DNA from: the human T2T-CHM13v2.0 reference genome, Homo sapiens
DNA: 64,000 nucleotides
NCBI RefSeq assembly: GCF_009914755.1
Contig: NC_060947.1
Reading direction: 5' to 3' (one strand)
Position 1 is the first letter of the stretch. Every line of letters begins with the position of its first letter. The notes below the pieces were generated by a model, which worked only from the letters and a program-made list of their open reading frames with translations, ran no database searches and was not told the origin of the DNA. Shown here one piece after another: positions 42,934-60,346 of the stretch. The position numbers and the translations under genes are program-made.

Positions 42934-43559
42934 GTCATTGATGACTTTCATAAAGCTATTTTGTTGGAGGAGTAGAGGACAGATTGGAGTTGGTTGAGGA
43001 ATAACAAAATGGATAGAAAAAAGACAAATTTTTAAAGAAGTATATCTATAAATGGGAGAAGAGAGACAAGAGGGTAACTGGAAAGGGTGGTGGGGTCTAG
43101 GGAAGGGTTTTTAAATAAAGAAGGGACTTAATGAGGCACAAGTATTGTTGAGAAAGTTCACGGTGAAAGAAAGAGGTTGATGGTACCAGAGATGGAATGG
43201 ATGGTTGATAGTATAAGGTTCCCTAGAAGGCAGGAAGGTGGAGAATGTAAAGGTAGAAATAGTGATTGCCTCACATGGGAGCAGTGACATAATCTCTACT
43301 GTTGTAAAAAGAGGGGAGAATTGCAGATTAAAAAGTAGGCTTCAAAATAGTATGTATGGTACTATCCTGTAATTACTTAAGGAACAAAAGGAGCATGCAT
43401 AAGTACAAGGCAAAAAATATGGAGAAATATATGTCAGTATGATAACAGTTTGGTGGGCTGAAGTTGGATCAGATGAAAATAGTGATGACTTGGACATTCT
43501 ATATTGTGAATCATTTTATTTAATGTTTATTACATGCTTTTATTTTTACATGCATATTT

Positions 43560-43790
43560 GGTATATGCCTTTATTATAAGAAGATGGTGCTCTTAGCACT
43601 TTCATGCATTACCACAATTCATTCTTATAAATAGCATATGAAGTCAGTATTACTGTTTTGCCCTATTTACAAATGACAAAAGTAAGGATGAGAAAAGTGA
43701 AGTATCTTACCCGCAATTACAAAATTAAAATGTCTTTCAAGCCCAGATTTATCTGATTTCCGAGACATGCTTTTCACCAAAATGCTAGAC
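43560..43790 (-). mobile_element. MIR
   Basis: CCCTATTTACAAATGACAAAAGTAAGGATGAGAAAAGTGAAGTATCTTACCC..TTTCAAGCCCAG. Confidence 0.75.
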
Positions 43791-43899
43791 TGCATTCCTG
43801 CAAATTTTGAATTTTTTACAGTGAACGTGTATTATTTTGCAAGCAGAAAAACATATAAGGGTCAAAGTCTATAGTAAACATGATACCTCTTTGATTGCC

Positions 43900-45200
<1,301 letters not shown>

Positions 45201-45554
45201 GGACCAGGGGAGGTGCGAATTGGGGGATGTGATTCCTTAGCTCCATCCCAAACACTTCTTACTGACCTATATTCCTTTCCTTAATAAATTTAATAATTAT
45301 TAGCTTATTAAATTCTTTATTCGCTATTACAAAGGGCTGTCCATTAGAATACAGGCCAGGAACAAGGAGTAAATTACCCCTGTATCATTACCCAAGCTCA
45401 TTTGTCACAGATGGAGACTCTTCAAAAGAGACAGAAATTCTTAAATGAGGGTCTAAATTAAAGAACCATGACTGAGCAGTCTCTGGCCAGTTGATACAAA
45501 TTACACATTCTCCAGCAGCTGTCTAAATAGATACATACACATGTACATGCATAC

Positions 45555-47360
<1,806 letters not shown>

Positions 47361-47653
47361 ATTATATTATTGGTGCCCCAAACTTCATTCCCCTCTACTT
47401 TTGGTCTGGGAGTCTCATTTTCATTTACCAGATCCATTGATTCCTTTATTCCTCTGTTTGGGAATAAAGGCCTAGCCTTTTTTTATGATTCTAATCTTAG
47501 TTTTCCAGGAACCTGACCATTAGTTTCAAGCTCTCCTTCATAAGTTTTCTAAGGAAAGCTCCTTCAGTTACTGAAGCCTGCCTGTTCTAATAATTCAGAG
47601 CTCCCAAACTGGGATTAGTCCCTCCCCTTTTCCACTTGATTCCGTGCAAGCTT

Positions 47654-47705
47654 GTGTGTGTGTTTGTGTGTGTGTGTCTGTGTGTGTGTGTATGTGTGTG
47701 TGTGT
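47654..47705. repeat. Imperfect (TG)n microsatellite
   Basis: About 50 bp of interrupted TG repeats. Confidence 0.95.
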
Positions 47706-48044
47706 TCATAAAGCCTAGGCATATTTCGTCAGGGTTCAAATGGGCATAATTTTCATGTAATCAAGGCAGCTAATGAACATATGGGTATCTGGTGATATGT
47801 GAAAAATTATGTCTATTAATTTGTAAATTTTGATACACACAGGTGATAATTATAGGCATTCCTGAGCATTTATTTTCCCAATCATTTTCTGCAATTAAAG
47901 CTTAGAATTTCTACAATACGTAATCTTAAGTACTTTAATTTCAAATCAAATACATTATATAACATGGTTTCTAAGAAATTTTATCCATTAATGAGTATTT
48001 ACCTACCTAAGTATTTAATAAAAGGTTTAATGTTTGTATTTCCG

Positions 48045-48510
48045 TTTTCATAGCAGCATTATTCATAAAAGCCAAAAGGTAGAGGCAACCCACATGTCCA
48101 TCAGTGGGTGAATGGATAAACAAAATGTGGATATACATGCAGTAGAATATTATTCAGCCTTAAAAAGAAGGAAATTCTGGCACATGCTGCAATGTGAATG
48201 AACCCTGAGGACATTAAAGTTAAATAAGGCAATCACAAAAAGACAAATATTGTATGATTTTATTTATATGCATTATTAAGAGTAGCCAAATTCGCAGAAA
48301 AAGAAAACAGAATGGTGGTTACCAGGGACTGGGGGGAGTTGGTAAATCGGGAGTTGTTTAATGGGGATGGTTTTAGTTTTACAAGATGAAAAACTGCTGG
48401 AGATTGGTTGCACAAAATATGTTAATATACTTAGTGAACTCTACATTTAAAATGGCCATGATGGTAAATTTTATGTTTGTGTGTTCTATTATGTTTACAA
48501 CTTAAAAATG
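48045..48510 (+). mobile_element. L1MB-like 3' end
   Basis: TGAATGGATAAACAAAATGTGG; AGAATGGTGGTTACCAGGGACTGGGG; GATGGTAAATTTTATGTT. Confidence 0.88.
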
Positions 48511-48525
48511 AGTTCAGTGTTTTTA

Positions 48526-48882
<357 letters not shown>

Positions 48883-50169
48883 CCTGATGTGAGGGGAAAT
48901 AAACTACAAAATGAAAATGAAGCAATGATGATGAAAATGAATGAAGAAAAGGTAAAAGAAAAGGAAGACTTAGATATGAGACTAAGAATTTGAAAAATAA
49001 GACAATAAAATAGAGGCATTAAGTATGAACAATCAATAAGCAATAATCAACTCATAAGGGCATAATGTGGACAATATATGTTCAACTGTGAGCCATAAAA
49101 TACAAGGTATTGGGGACAAAAGTTAAATATAATGCATACACACACATACACACTAAATGATGTCCCTATGGAAAGATGTCTAATATCTACTCCAAGAATA
49201 CAGGATACATGAAAAACAAAAAGAAAAATAAAGAATATATACAGGAGTACAGTTCAGCAACAGCATTTACATCAGTAGGTACAAAGATAAAAATTAATTG
49301 TATTTACTCACAAAAATATGTTTTCCTCTCAAGATGTCATTGTACTCAGTAAATGTTGCATCTACCAAAAAATTAAGACTAATAATTGTGTTTACAATAA
49401 AATGAGCATATAGATCCATAAACATTTCATTATAATTATGAATAATTATTAAGGTCTACCAGATTAGTGTATTCTATACTGGGTAATGTTAAAATTTCAG
49501 ATGTCTGTTGCAAATCAGATCTGTACATAGCTCTTAGGCTGATTCAATCAATTTGTTGAGTTACTAGCAATGTGAGGATTAACAAAGGGTAAAACATTAT
49601 CTCTGGCATCAAAGTATTTACAGACTGACTGGGACCACATCGATGCACTGGAAAAGCTATGAATGTGTTGGTTATGCTTCTTCATGTTTTCAGGCAAAAC
49701 TCTCTTCCTAATGTTGCACTTCTGTCACAAGATGAGAAAAGGGGACTGAAGGCCAGGACTAGTCAGCTACTCTCAAAACCATGTCCCATGCATTATATTT
49801 TTCTAAGTAATTTTGAGGAAAATTTTGGATCCTGTTGATCGCTCCCAGGCATCAGTAACAGTTGATCATCTAGGTGGTTGGAGTGTGTACAAGCCCAAAA
49901 AAGACAAGAGAACCTACCACACCTCTATACATTTCCCTCTAACCCAGGGTGGCAGCCTTCCATCACTTTTGAAAGCTTCTCCCTCACTAACTCAGAGTGG
50001 GGAGAGTCAGTGTTAGATGAGCATCCTAAGGATGGTGGAAAACAAACTGAAGAAAGTGCAGAGGAGTGGAATCACATACCTCCAAAAGAGGTCCGAGTAT
50101 GCATTTGGTGTCCACACATGCCTCTGGATCTGTAGTATAAACTTCTAACTTCACTTACCTGTCTCTATC

Positions 50170-51045
50170 TTTAGCAAGCATTGCTTGTCAAGTGTTGGGT
50201 ACTGAGGATGAGAGAAAATGACACAGACATAGTCCTGCCCTCATGAAGCTTAGATTGTAGCAGAGGAATAAAATATGAAAGAAGTAATTGTGGATTCACT
50301 GTTATGATAAAAGCAATGTGGAAGTAGATAGCAAGTGTACCTAACCTAGTTTAGGAAATCAAAGAAGGCCTCCTAAGAGAGTGAAACTTACATTGAGACT
50401 TGAAGGCTAAGATCTAGCTAAGTCTGAGGGGGATGAGGTAGAGAAAAGTATTACAGAAAGAAAGAACTGTATGGGCAAAGACCCAAAGGCATAGTGCTTT
50501 CGATGAATTGAAGGAAATCCAGAGTGCTTAGAATGATGTTAGAATACAGAAAAAGGGAAGGTGTTGAAACTGGATTGTATAATAACTGCTTGGACTAGAG
50601 TAAGGATTAACATAAATTTAAGAGGTAGGATTGGATGTGGGAAGTGAAGAAAAGGGGAACACCAAGTATGACTCCCACTTTTCTGCCTTAAGCAAATAAG
50701 TGGATAATGGTATCATTTATTAAGATAGAGAAGATTGGGATAGAAGCATGGCTAAAGGTGAAGACATAGCACTAAGTTCTGTTTTAGACATGTGGGGTTT
50801 GACATGCTTATAAGACATTGAAGTGTATCAGAAGGTCTGAAGGTCAGAAGTGTCTTGGCTAGAGATGTGTATCGTGGAAATGGATGAGATTGTCTTTGAG
50901 TATAGTGTAGACTTTCTATCATATATATATGTATGGTGGCCTTGGGCTAAACCCTGAAGATCTTCATATATTCTCTGAGTAGAGGAGGATAAGTGATAAA
51001 AGTAAGGAGGAAAATGAGAAATGTCACAAAAGCCGAAGGAAGAAG
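50170..51045 (-). mobile_element. L2 fragment
   Basis: ACAGACATAGTCCTGCCCTCATGAAGCTTA; ATTGGATGTGGGAAGTGA; AAGTTCTGTTTTAGACATGT. Confidence 0.8.
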
Positions 51046-51047
51046 TT

Positions 51048-51300
51048 TTTATTGACTTATTTGGGTTTATGTATAATACATTTTATTCTTTGTGGTGTAT
51101 TGTTCTATGTGTTTTGGCAAATGCATAGTCATAAAACCACAAACACCAGATTTAAGAAATAAAACAGATTTATCATCCTCCAAAATTCCCTCGTGTTGCC
51201 CCATTTTAGTCGACCCCTGCACCTACCCATGACAACCACTGATCTGACTTCCGCTGCATGGTTTTCGTTTTTCCAGAATGATGTATAAATGGAATCATAC
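51048..51300 (-). mobile_element. L1M 3' end fragment
   Basis: CCAAAATTCCCTCGTG..ACAACCACTGATCTG..TTTTCCAGAATG..ATAAATGGAATCATAC. Confidence 0.8.
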
Positions 51301-51383
51301 TTCCAAATTGGAGGTTTTATTTAGTTCATCCTGTTTTCCCTCTAATATTGGACATTGGATATTTTAGATGGAGTCGAATATCA

Positions 51384-51794
<411 letters not shown>

Positions 51795-52059
51795 GGATAC
51801 CCTTAGGGTATATGTACTTGGGTTGTCTCTGTATAGAGGGCACAAGTACACTTTCATCTGTATATGATATAATTATATTAGTCGAAGAGCTTTTGTAAAT
51901 CGGCAGGCTATCAAATAGTGGAATATAGTGTTCATGTGTTGTTTTTGTCTATCCAACATACATTCCGATTGTTCGGGGAAAACACTATGGTTTTCCTTCA
52001 AGGAACCAGCTCTTGCATTCTCCCTCTTCTCCTTCCCCCTCTCCCTCTCATTTTCAATC

Positions 52060-52490
52060 CACAAGATTTGAGCGGTGATTTCCCACTGCCTGGTTCAAAG
52101 AGTAGGCACATAAACTCAAGCCTGGCCAAGGAGAATGTTCTATTTTCTGGCTTCAGGAATGGGCATGTGACCCAAACTGATATTAGCATCTGGCTAGAAC
52201 TGTATGAATCAGCCCTAGGACTTACACTGGAACAACTGGGAACAAGTATCTATTTTCTGGATTATTTCTACATGGATGCAAGGGTGGACCTTTCAGTGAT
52301 AAACACAGAAATTACAGCTGATAAAAAGAGGCAGATTTCTATCCTCACAGCTTGAGTGCCAGCATACAGCTATGCCTGAAATCAAACCACTCAGGATCTG
52401 TCAACTCTTTGACCTAATATATGTCTTCTTTTCTTAAACCAACATTATTTTGAAGTGTTTCACTTACAACCAGAAGTACCCTGACAAGTA
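52060..52490 (+). mobile_element. Old MLT1 LTR
   Basis: TTCAGGAATGGGCATGTGACCCAA; CAGCTATGCCTGAA; CACTTACAACCAGAAG..CCCTGAC. Confidence 0.65.
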
Positions 52491-53072
52491 GACCCTCATA
52501 GTCTTACAATGTGCCACCTCCCATTCTGCTCATGCTAAGAATCATTTAGTGACAGTAGGGTATATTTTTTCCTCAGTGCTGTAGGTATTTTCCCCTTCCA
52601 TATCATGTGGGTAACCAAGACTTTATTTTCCATTGTTTATGTGCTTTTGAATCAGATATGAGAACCCAACTCTCATCCTGTTTGTTGTTGCTGTTTGTTG
52701 GTTGGCTGGCTGGTTTTTAAAGCATTGCCTTATTTAGGGAATTATTCTGGATAGTCCTGGAAGTGGGGGCAGGGATAGAGATGAAGGCATGGGGATGGAA
52801 ACGACAGAAAAGGCAAAATGGGAAAGAGATTTGGAAAACTTCCTGAGCGATGTAAAAGACCAGATAAAAGGAAGGGAGTTCAGTTAGGAACCTATTTCTA
52901 TTTTGTTGTGTATCCTGTACCTTCTCAGTGCTCTGGGGGATATGGCAGAACCTGAGAAGGAAATGTCTGGGTAGCACAATGAGTGAGACTGATCCCCAGG
53001 ACTGTGTCTCCCTGTCTTGGAAGTGGAATTCTTGTGTCCAAGCTTAGCATAGAGGCAGTGGAGTCATCTGCT

Positions 53073-54345
53073 TTTATTTTTGTAATTGTGGTGAAATATA
53101 CATAACATAAAATTTACCATCTTAACTATTTTTAAGTGTACAGTTAAGTGGTATTAAGTACATTCTCATTGTGCAACCATCATTACCATTCACCTCCAGA
53201 ACTCTTTTCATCTTGTAAGGCTAAAACTCTATAATACCCTGTATTACTCCGTTCTCACACTACTACAAAGGACTGCCTGTGACTGGGTAATTTATGAAGA
53301 AAAGAGGTTTAATTGATGCACAGTTCCACAGGCTGTACAGGAAGCATGATTGGGAGGCCTCAGGAAGCTTACCATCATGGCGGAAGCTGAAGGGGAAGCA
53401 AGCACGTCTTACCATGGCAGGGCAGGAGAGAGAGAGTGAAGGGTGAAGTGCTATGCACTTTTAAACAACCATATCTCATGAGAATTCCATCACGAGATAG
53501 CACTAGAAGGATAGTGCTAAACCATTAGAAACCACCCCCATGATGCAATCCCCTCCTACCAGCCCCCTCCCCCAACACGTGGGGATTACAATTCAATATG
53601 AGATTTGTGTTGGGACACAGAGCCAAACCATATCTTACCCCATTAAACACTACCTATTCCTCCTCCCTCTAGTCCCTGACAACCTCTATTCTCCTTTCTG
53701 TTTCTATGAATTCTGGATACCTCATTTAAGTGTAATTATACAGTATTTGTCTTTCTGGAAATGGCTTATTTCACATAATGTCCTCAAAGTTCATCCATAT
53801 TATAACATATGTCAGAATGTCCTTCCTTTTTACGGCTGAATAATATTCTATGCATATATTATATTTTTCTTATTCATGTATCTGTTTTTGGACACTTCGG
53901 TTGCTTCCACATTTTGGCCCTTGTGGATTATGCTGCTGTGAACATGGGTGTACAAATGTCTGTTTAAGATCTTGCTTTCAGTTCTTTTGGGTATATTCCT
54001 AGGACTGAAATTGTTGATTCATATGGTAATTCTATGTTTAACTTTTTGAGGAACAACCAAACTGTTTTCCACAGTGGCGTATCATCTTACACACTTACCA
54101 GCAAAGCACTAAGTGTTCCAATTTTTACATTCTCACCACCTGTTACATTCTGGGTTTTCAAAAATTATAGTGATCCTAGTGGTTATCAAGTGGTATCTCA
54201 TTGTGATTTGATTTGCCTTTACCTAATGCTGTTGAATGTCTTTTCATGTGCTTATTGGCCATTTGCATACCTTTGAAGAAATATCTGTTCAAGTCTTTGC
54301 TCATCTTCAAGCTGGGTTTTGTTGTTGCTATTGAGTTGTATGATA
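53073..54345 (-). mobile_element. L1MB-like 3' region, interrupted by an MST LTR
   Basis: ATAACATAAAATTTACCATCTTAAC..TTTAAGTGTACAG; GGTTGCTTCCACATTTTGG; TGGTATCTCATTGTG. Confidence 0.9.
53240..53635 (-). mobile_element. MSTA-like solo LTR (MaLR)
   Basis: TGTATTA...CCAAACCATATC termini; 5-bp TSD TACCC at 53235-53239 and 53636-53640. Confidence 0.93.
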
Positions 54346-54349
54346 CTAC

Positions 54350-55579
<1,230 letters not shown>

Positions 55580-55779
55580 GGAAGATTATGATTTTAGGGC
55601 TGAGCATAAAGTTTTGATTCAATTTTAGATGACTGGCTGGTGATGCCCAATAGATGGTTATTATTTTCCTATCAGCTCTATTGGCTATGGAGAATTGAGC
55701 CACATGAACCAAGGAACTAATTCAGTGTAGAAAATCTAATGTCTTTAAAAACAGCCATGGCAGTGACTGTACTAGAGAT

Positions 55780-56496
55780 CTACCTTCTTGGGAAAGTTTC
55801 CCAACCCACAGCCTCAAAGAGACAACATGTCATATGTACCATGTGACTCCAACCTCTTGGCCACAACTAAGTGCAACAGAGATAGCATCTGACTCAAATT
55901 GGGCCAATCAGATTCTCTCTCATGAGACTCAGGCATTGGAACCCAGTGACTGAGTCAATTCTCTGTGGGGAGTCAAGCTTGAAGTTCATATCAATCAATG
56001 GTTTTCAAAGTGTAGTCCACAGAGCATTAGAATCAACCATCTGAGAACATGTTAGAAATGCAAATTCTCATACCTCATATCATAGCTGCTGAATCAGAAA
56101 TTGTGGGGTGGGTCCCCAGCAATCTTTGTTTCATAAGCCTTGCAGGTGCTTCTCAGGTTGGCTATCACTCATGAAGACTCTTGGTACAAGGCTGCCATTC
56201 TGGGAGTAGTCCTGATCAATCACTGATAAGTTATTATCAGTGCTTATAAGTAAGCAGAGAAAGCTGGTTTGCACACAGAAGCAGGAGAATGGAGCAGAGA
56301 GACACAGACAGACAGACACAGAGAGATCAAGGCAGGGAGAAAGACAGGGGAGAAACAAGCCATCTGATAACTTTTCAATTTCATGAGGCCCAGTTGTTCT
56401 TCCTGCAACTGGAAACTGAAATTTTTCTATATCATTACATGAATCCCTTTTATTTGAATGGATTTTCTTTCTTCATTATAATAAAAGTGCCCTGAC
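55780..56496 (+). mobile_element. Old MLT1 LTR interrupted by MER5A
   Basis: TGACTCAAATTGGGCCAATCAGATTCTCTCT; AAGTGCCCTGAC end. Confidence 0.6.
55996..56183. mobile_element. MER5A (hAT-Charlie)
   Basis: CAATGGTTTTCAAAGTGTAGTCC..GTTAGAAATGCAAATTCTC..CTGAATCAGAAA..GGGGTGGG.CCCAGCAATCT. Confidence 0.85.
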
Positions 56497-56519
56497 TTGT
56501 TAGTTATTTCTCCCCCAAG

Positions 56520-56819
56520 TTTTTTTTTTTTTTTTTTTGAGACAGAGTCTCGCTCTGTCGCCCCCGCTGGAGTGCAGTGGCGCAGTCCCGGCTCACTGCA
56601 AGCTCTGCCTCCCAGGGTCACACTATTCTCCTGCCTCAGCCTCCTGAGTAGCTGGGACCACAGGTGCCCGCCACCACGCCCGGCTAATTTTGTGTATTTT
56701 TAGTAGAGATGGGGTTTTACCGTGTTAGCCAGGAAGGTCTCGATCTCCTGACCTCGTGATCCGCCTGCCTTGGCCTCCCAAAGTGCTGGGACCACAGGCA
56801 TGAGCCACTGCGCCCGGCC
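56520..56819 (-). mobile_element. AluY-like
   Basis: CACTGCAAGCTC and CCGTGTTAGCCAGGA..TCTCGATCTCCTGACCTCGTG; TSD TTCTCCCCCAAGTTTT. Confidence 0.95.
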
Positions 56820-57087
56820 TTCTCCCCCAAGTTTTTATTGCATTTGTACTGTATGGCTACTGTTCCAAGTATCATAAAGGATACTAAAATCAAAGAGACA
56901 TGGTTCTTGCTCTTGAGAAGCCAGATTTAATGAAGGAGGCACAGAGACAACGTTAGAAGCGCTATAGAGGATGTGGGAATTGAGCTTTGAGATCACCTGG
57001 TAAGCACTAAAAAAATATTAGCTGCATCTCAGTGTAGCAGGTGAGGCCAGAGAAGACCTCAAGGGAGTGCTAGTTGATACATACATA

Positions 57088-57450
57088 TGTACTAGTCCAT
57101 CCTCATGCTGCTAATAAAGACATACCTGAGACAGGGTAATTTATAAAAGAAAGAGGTTTAAAGGACTCACAGTTCCCCATGGCTGGGGAGGTCTCACAAT
57201 CATGACAGATGGTGGAGAAGGAGCAAAGTACATCTTACATGGCAGCAAGCAAGAGACATGTGCAGGGGAAGTGCTCTTTATAAAACCATCAGATCGCGTG
57301 AGATTTATTCACTGTCACAAGAACAGCACAGGAAAAACCCACCCCCAGTGATTCAATTACTTCCCACTGGGTCCCTCCCAGGACATGTGGGGATTATGGG
57401 AGCTACAATTCAAGATGAGATTTGGATAGGGACGCAGCCAAACCATGTCA
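57088..57450 (-). mobile_element. THE1 solo LTR (MaLR)
   Basis: TGT..CATGCTGCTAATAAAGACATACCTGAGAC..CAGCCAAACCATGTCA; 5-bp TSD ACATA at 57083-57087 and 57451-57455. Confidence 0.94.
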
Positions 57451-57562
57451 ACATAGGATGGGTTTGCAGAGAAGAGGAAGAAGAAGAAGAAAAGATGTTC
57501 CAAGTTGAGACGAAAAGGCAGACATGGGAACCTATGGTGTGTATCTGGGAAACAGAGAGTGG

Positions 57563-58237
57563 TGTAAGGCAGATACAAGTTAAAAATAAGAAGCTTAATT
57601 TTCCCTGTTGAACATAAGGGAAGAGTCTTCTTTCTACACTACCCCCTTCCGTTTTCTTTTAAAATTTCTTTCTCTGTCCTTTGCAAGTCTTTTTTATGCA
57701 AATATTTTTAATAGCTAAATAAGTAAGCCTTTCTTCCAGTCTTACAACTCCTAGGAGCTATCTTTTTGAAATGCAAACATCAAGGGAGGTAGCAACCCTG
57801 TCCCCTAGTTCCCATAGGAGGGTAAGAGCCTAACTTTCATGGGCCTTGCTCCAGTTTGCAAAACTACCTCCTGCTTAAAATAGATGAGAAAATTTGTTTC
57901 TTCTTCAGATAAAGCCAACACAAGTGACTTCTCCAATTATCACCATAAAGTTAGGACAAAATTTTGTGTGACAAAAGGTGCTCTCAAATCCTCTTGCTCA
58001 AGGACTAGTCATTACTTATATTGGGAACATACATGTAATGGGTTGTATCTGCTTGGCTATATTAGGGGGTGAGATTCCTTTCTGTCTTTGCATTCTCTTA
58101 GCAAGTTACCTGTGATGTACATCACATTCTGGTTTAATGTTTGTTCAATAATAAGAGTGTTTTCTTTCTTTACTATCTTTCTGGAGAAGATTTCTGGATT
58201 GGGAGAAGATCTCTTGTTTTATTACATTTCCCCAACA
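57563..58237 (+). mobile_element. ERV1-class solo LTR (MER67-like; family uncertain)
   Basis: TGT...AACA termini; TSD-like GTGG/GTGC; TTTTGAAATGCAAACATCAAGG and GGCTATA motifs. Confidence 0.75.
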
Positions 58238-58264
58238 GTGCTTTAACTTGCCTGGAATGTACAG

Positions 58265-58745
58265 TGATGAAGTTTTTCCTTGATTAAAGTTTAGTCAGAT
58301 TCCTCTGAGTCCTCTTCCCAACTTGGCCTCAATGTTTACACTTCCATGTTTGTCTTTGCATTGCTCAATTTTAGCAAGAATCTTGCCAAGTTGGTTTAGC
58401 CAGAAGCCCACCCTTGATATCTGATCAGGTTTCTCATCCTCTACCAACTCCCAGTTGATGTCTTTTCACCCTGACCTGTCTTCAGCAAGAATCCTGTTAG
58501 GTCAGGTTAGCCAGAATCCACCCCCCACCCCACCCTGCCCCTTATCTCTGATGTTTCCTCTTAGTAATCTTCCATCCACTGTCCCCTACCCTGCTCCTTG
58601 GCTATAAATTCCCAGTTTTCCTTGTTGTATTTAGAATTGAACCCTGTTCAATACTGAAATCTCTTTTCCCATATGGCAATAGTCCTGAATAAAATCTGTT
58701 TTTACTGTTTGAACCACTGTTCACCTTTGGCTTGCTTTTATAACA
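58265..58745 (+). mobile_element. MER31-like solo LTR (ERV1)
   Basis: Internal repeat AGCAAGAATC..TTAGCCAGAA twice; CTATAAA at about 58602; AATAAA at 58688; ends TAACA. Confidence 0.85.
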
Positions 58746-59537
58746 CATTACAGAAGGCAGAGGGGAAAGGTGAAGGGCACGCCCAAGGGCAGAGCACGAA
58801 AGAGTGCTATGTCAGAGTGTAGACTATTCCATAGATATTGAGGAGCTGTAAAGATTTTAATCAGGAATCGAAATAATCCACCATCTGACTTTAGGAAAAT
58901 GACTCTGGCAGTAATGTGGAGGATGGAGCAGAAAGGAGAAGGGTCAAATGGCGCAGCACTGAATACATTCATAATCATAATTTTCCAATTATTTTTTAGT
59001 CTGTTATTACTAAAAAAGTTATTCTTGGACTGACTTTTCCCTAAGCCACCCTAACAATATCTAGAGCTGTATTTTTTTCCCCCATAGGAACATTTCTCCA
59101 GAATGTGGAGAGTAGAGGACAACATGTTGGGATGCCTGACACTCCTTGGATATTGTTCCTGAGTGGTTTGGGTGTTCCTCTGGATCCAGAATTTCATCCC
59201 AATGACACTGAGATTCCAGGCTTCTTTAGTATTTCTGATGGTGTCCATCAGAAGAAAGGAGTTGCTTATTAGAGTGTTCTCTACCGCTGGCTTGTAGTTC
59301 AGTTTATGGTAAACACTTGCTTATCACTGAGGTTTTGTATATGAATTGTGAAAATGGGGTGTGATTGTTAGAACAAATACCGCTTGACTTTCATTGGCAG
59401 CCCTTTCTGTGAGCCCCAAATTATGACCACTGTTTGCAGGGATTCTTATGGGTGCAAGTTTTCCTAGTATAACTACCCGTAAGTGGATTTAACTTGGGAC
59501 TTTTTTCATAGAAATTGAGAAGGACTGAAACACTTTG

Positions 59538-60346
59538 AATAAACTACACACACATTTATTAAATAGTGAAATGGTTAACAAAGGCACATCAATAACCACT
59601 TACTATATATACAGAAATATATATAATTAACATGGATCCAATTATCTCATAACTGCCATTTTTTCCAACAAAGAGTCATTCAATTCTTCATGTCATGAAG
59701 GTTAAAGGCAAAGTCTTAGTCCCCATCTTATGCTTTCCCACCCTCTTCTTGAAAACTACATTGAACCTCTATGGGTTAATCATCGTCTTCTGTAGCCATA
59801 AGGTCTCTGCAAGCATGCTGACTGCAGGCTCCTCAGATTCTTTCTCCATTCCCTCAAGTCCAGTTTTTAATGAACAGGCTGTTTGCTTTAGCAGGTGCTG
59901 TTGCTGGTATTCATCCAGTTACACTATGATTTTTTAAAAATAAATCTTTCCTTGTACTTGTACATGCCTGCATTGCATTGCATCACTTATGAAGAGATAG
60001 CTCCCTCTCTCATCAGGAAAACTGGATTTGTGTGTCTATGTCTGTTGCACTTTGCACCGGATGCCCTGCCTGCCTTTTCACTGTGTTCTTTCCATGCACA
60101 ACAGAAAAATGCTGGGCTGCACTGGCCAGAACTGCCATTGTATACTAATTTCTGCATCCACTTTAGAATGCTGTGCTTTTGCTTTGGACATGTTTGTACA
60201 AATGGGAATCAGATAGTCTGTCCCTCTCACAAAGCTATTTCCTGGTGGCTGCCCTTTGTATCCAAAATCCTCTGTTTGGAGCTCTTGGCTTTTATTCCCC
60301 AGACACCCACTGTCCTCCTGCCTAAGGGAGTAGTGTAAGTCAGGCA
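59538..60346 (-). other. Candidate terminal exon of a minus-strand transcript
   Basis: Minus-strand acceptor ccttcccagcttttctgttcAG (AG at 60348-60347); AATAAA at 59560-59555 with GU/U-rich downstream sequence; motif evidence only. Confidence 0.35.
59555..59560 (-). terminator. Candidate polyadenylation signal
   Basis: Minus-strand AATAAA; TGTATATA about 45 nt upstream; CA followed by GTGTTTCAGTCCTTCTC downstream. Confidence 0.4.

Noticed and set aside
51918-52355. 145-aa ORF
   Set aside because: GTG start, runs through an MLT1 LTR, no recognisable domain or exon boundaries.
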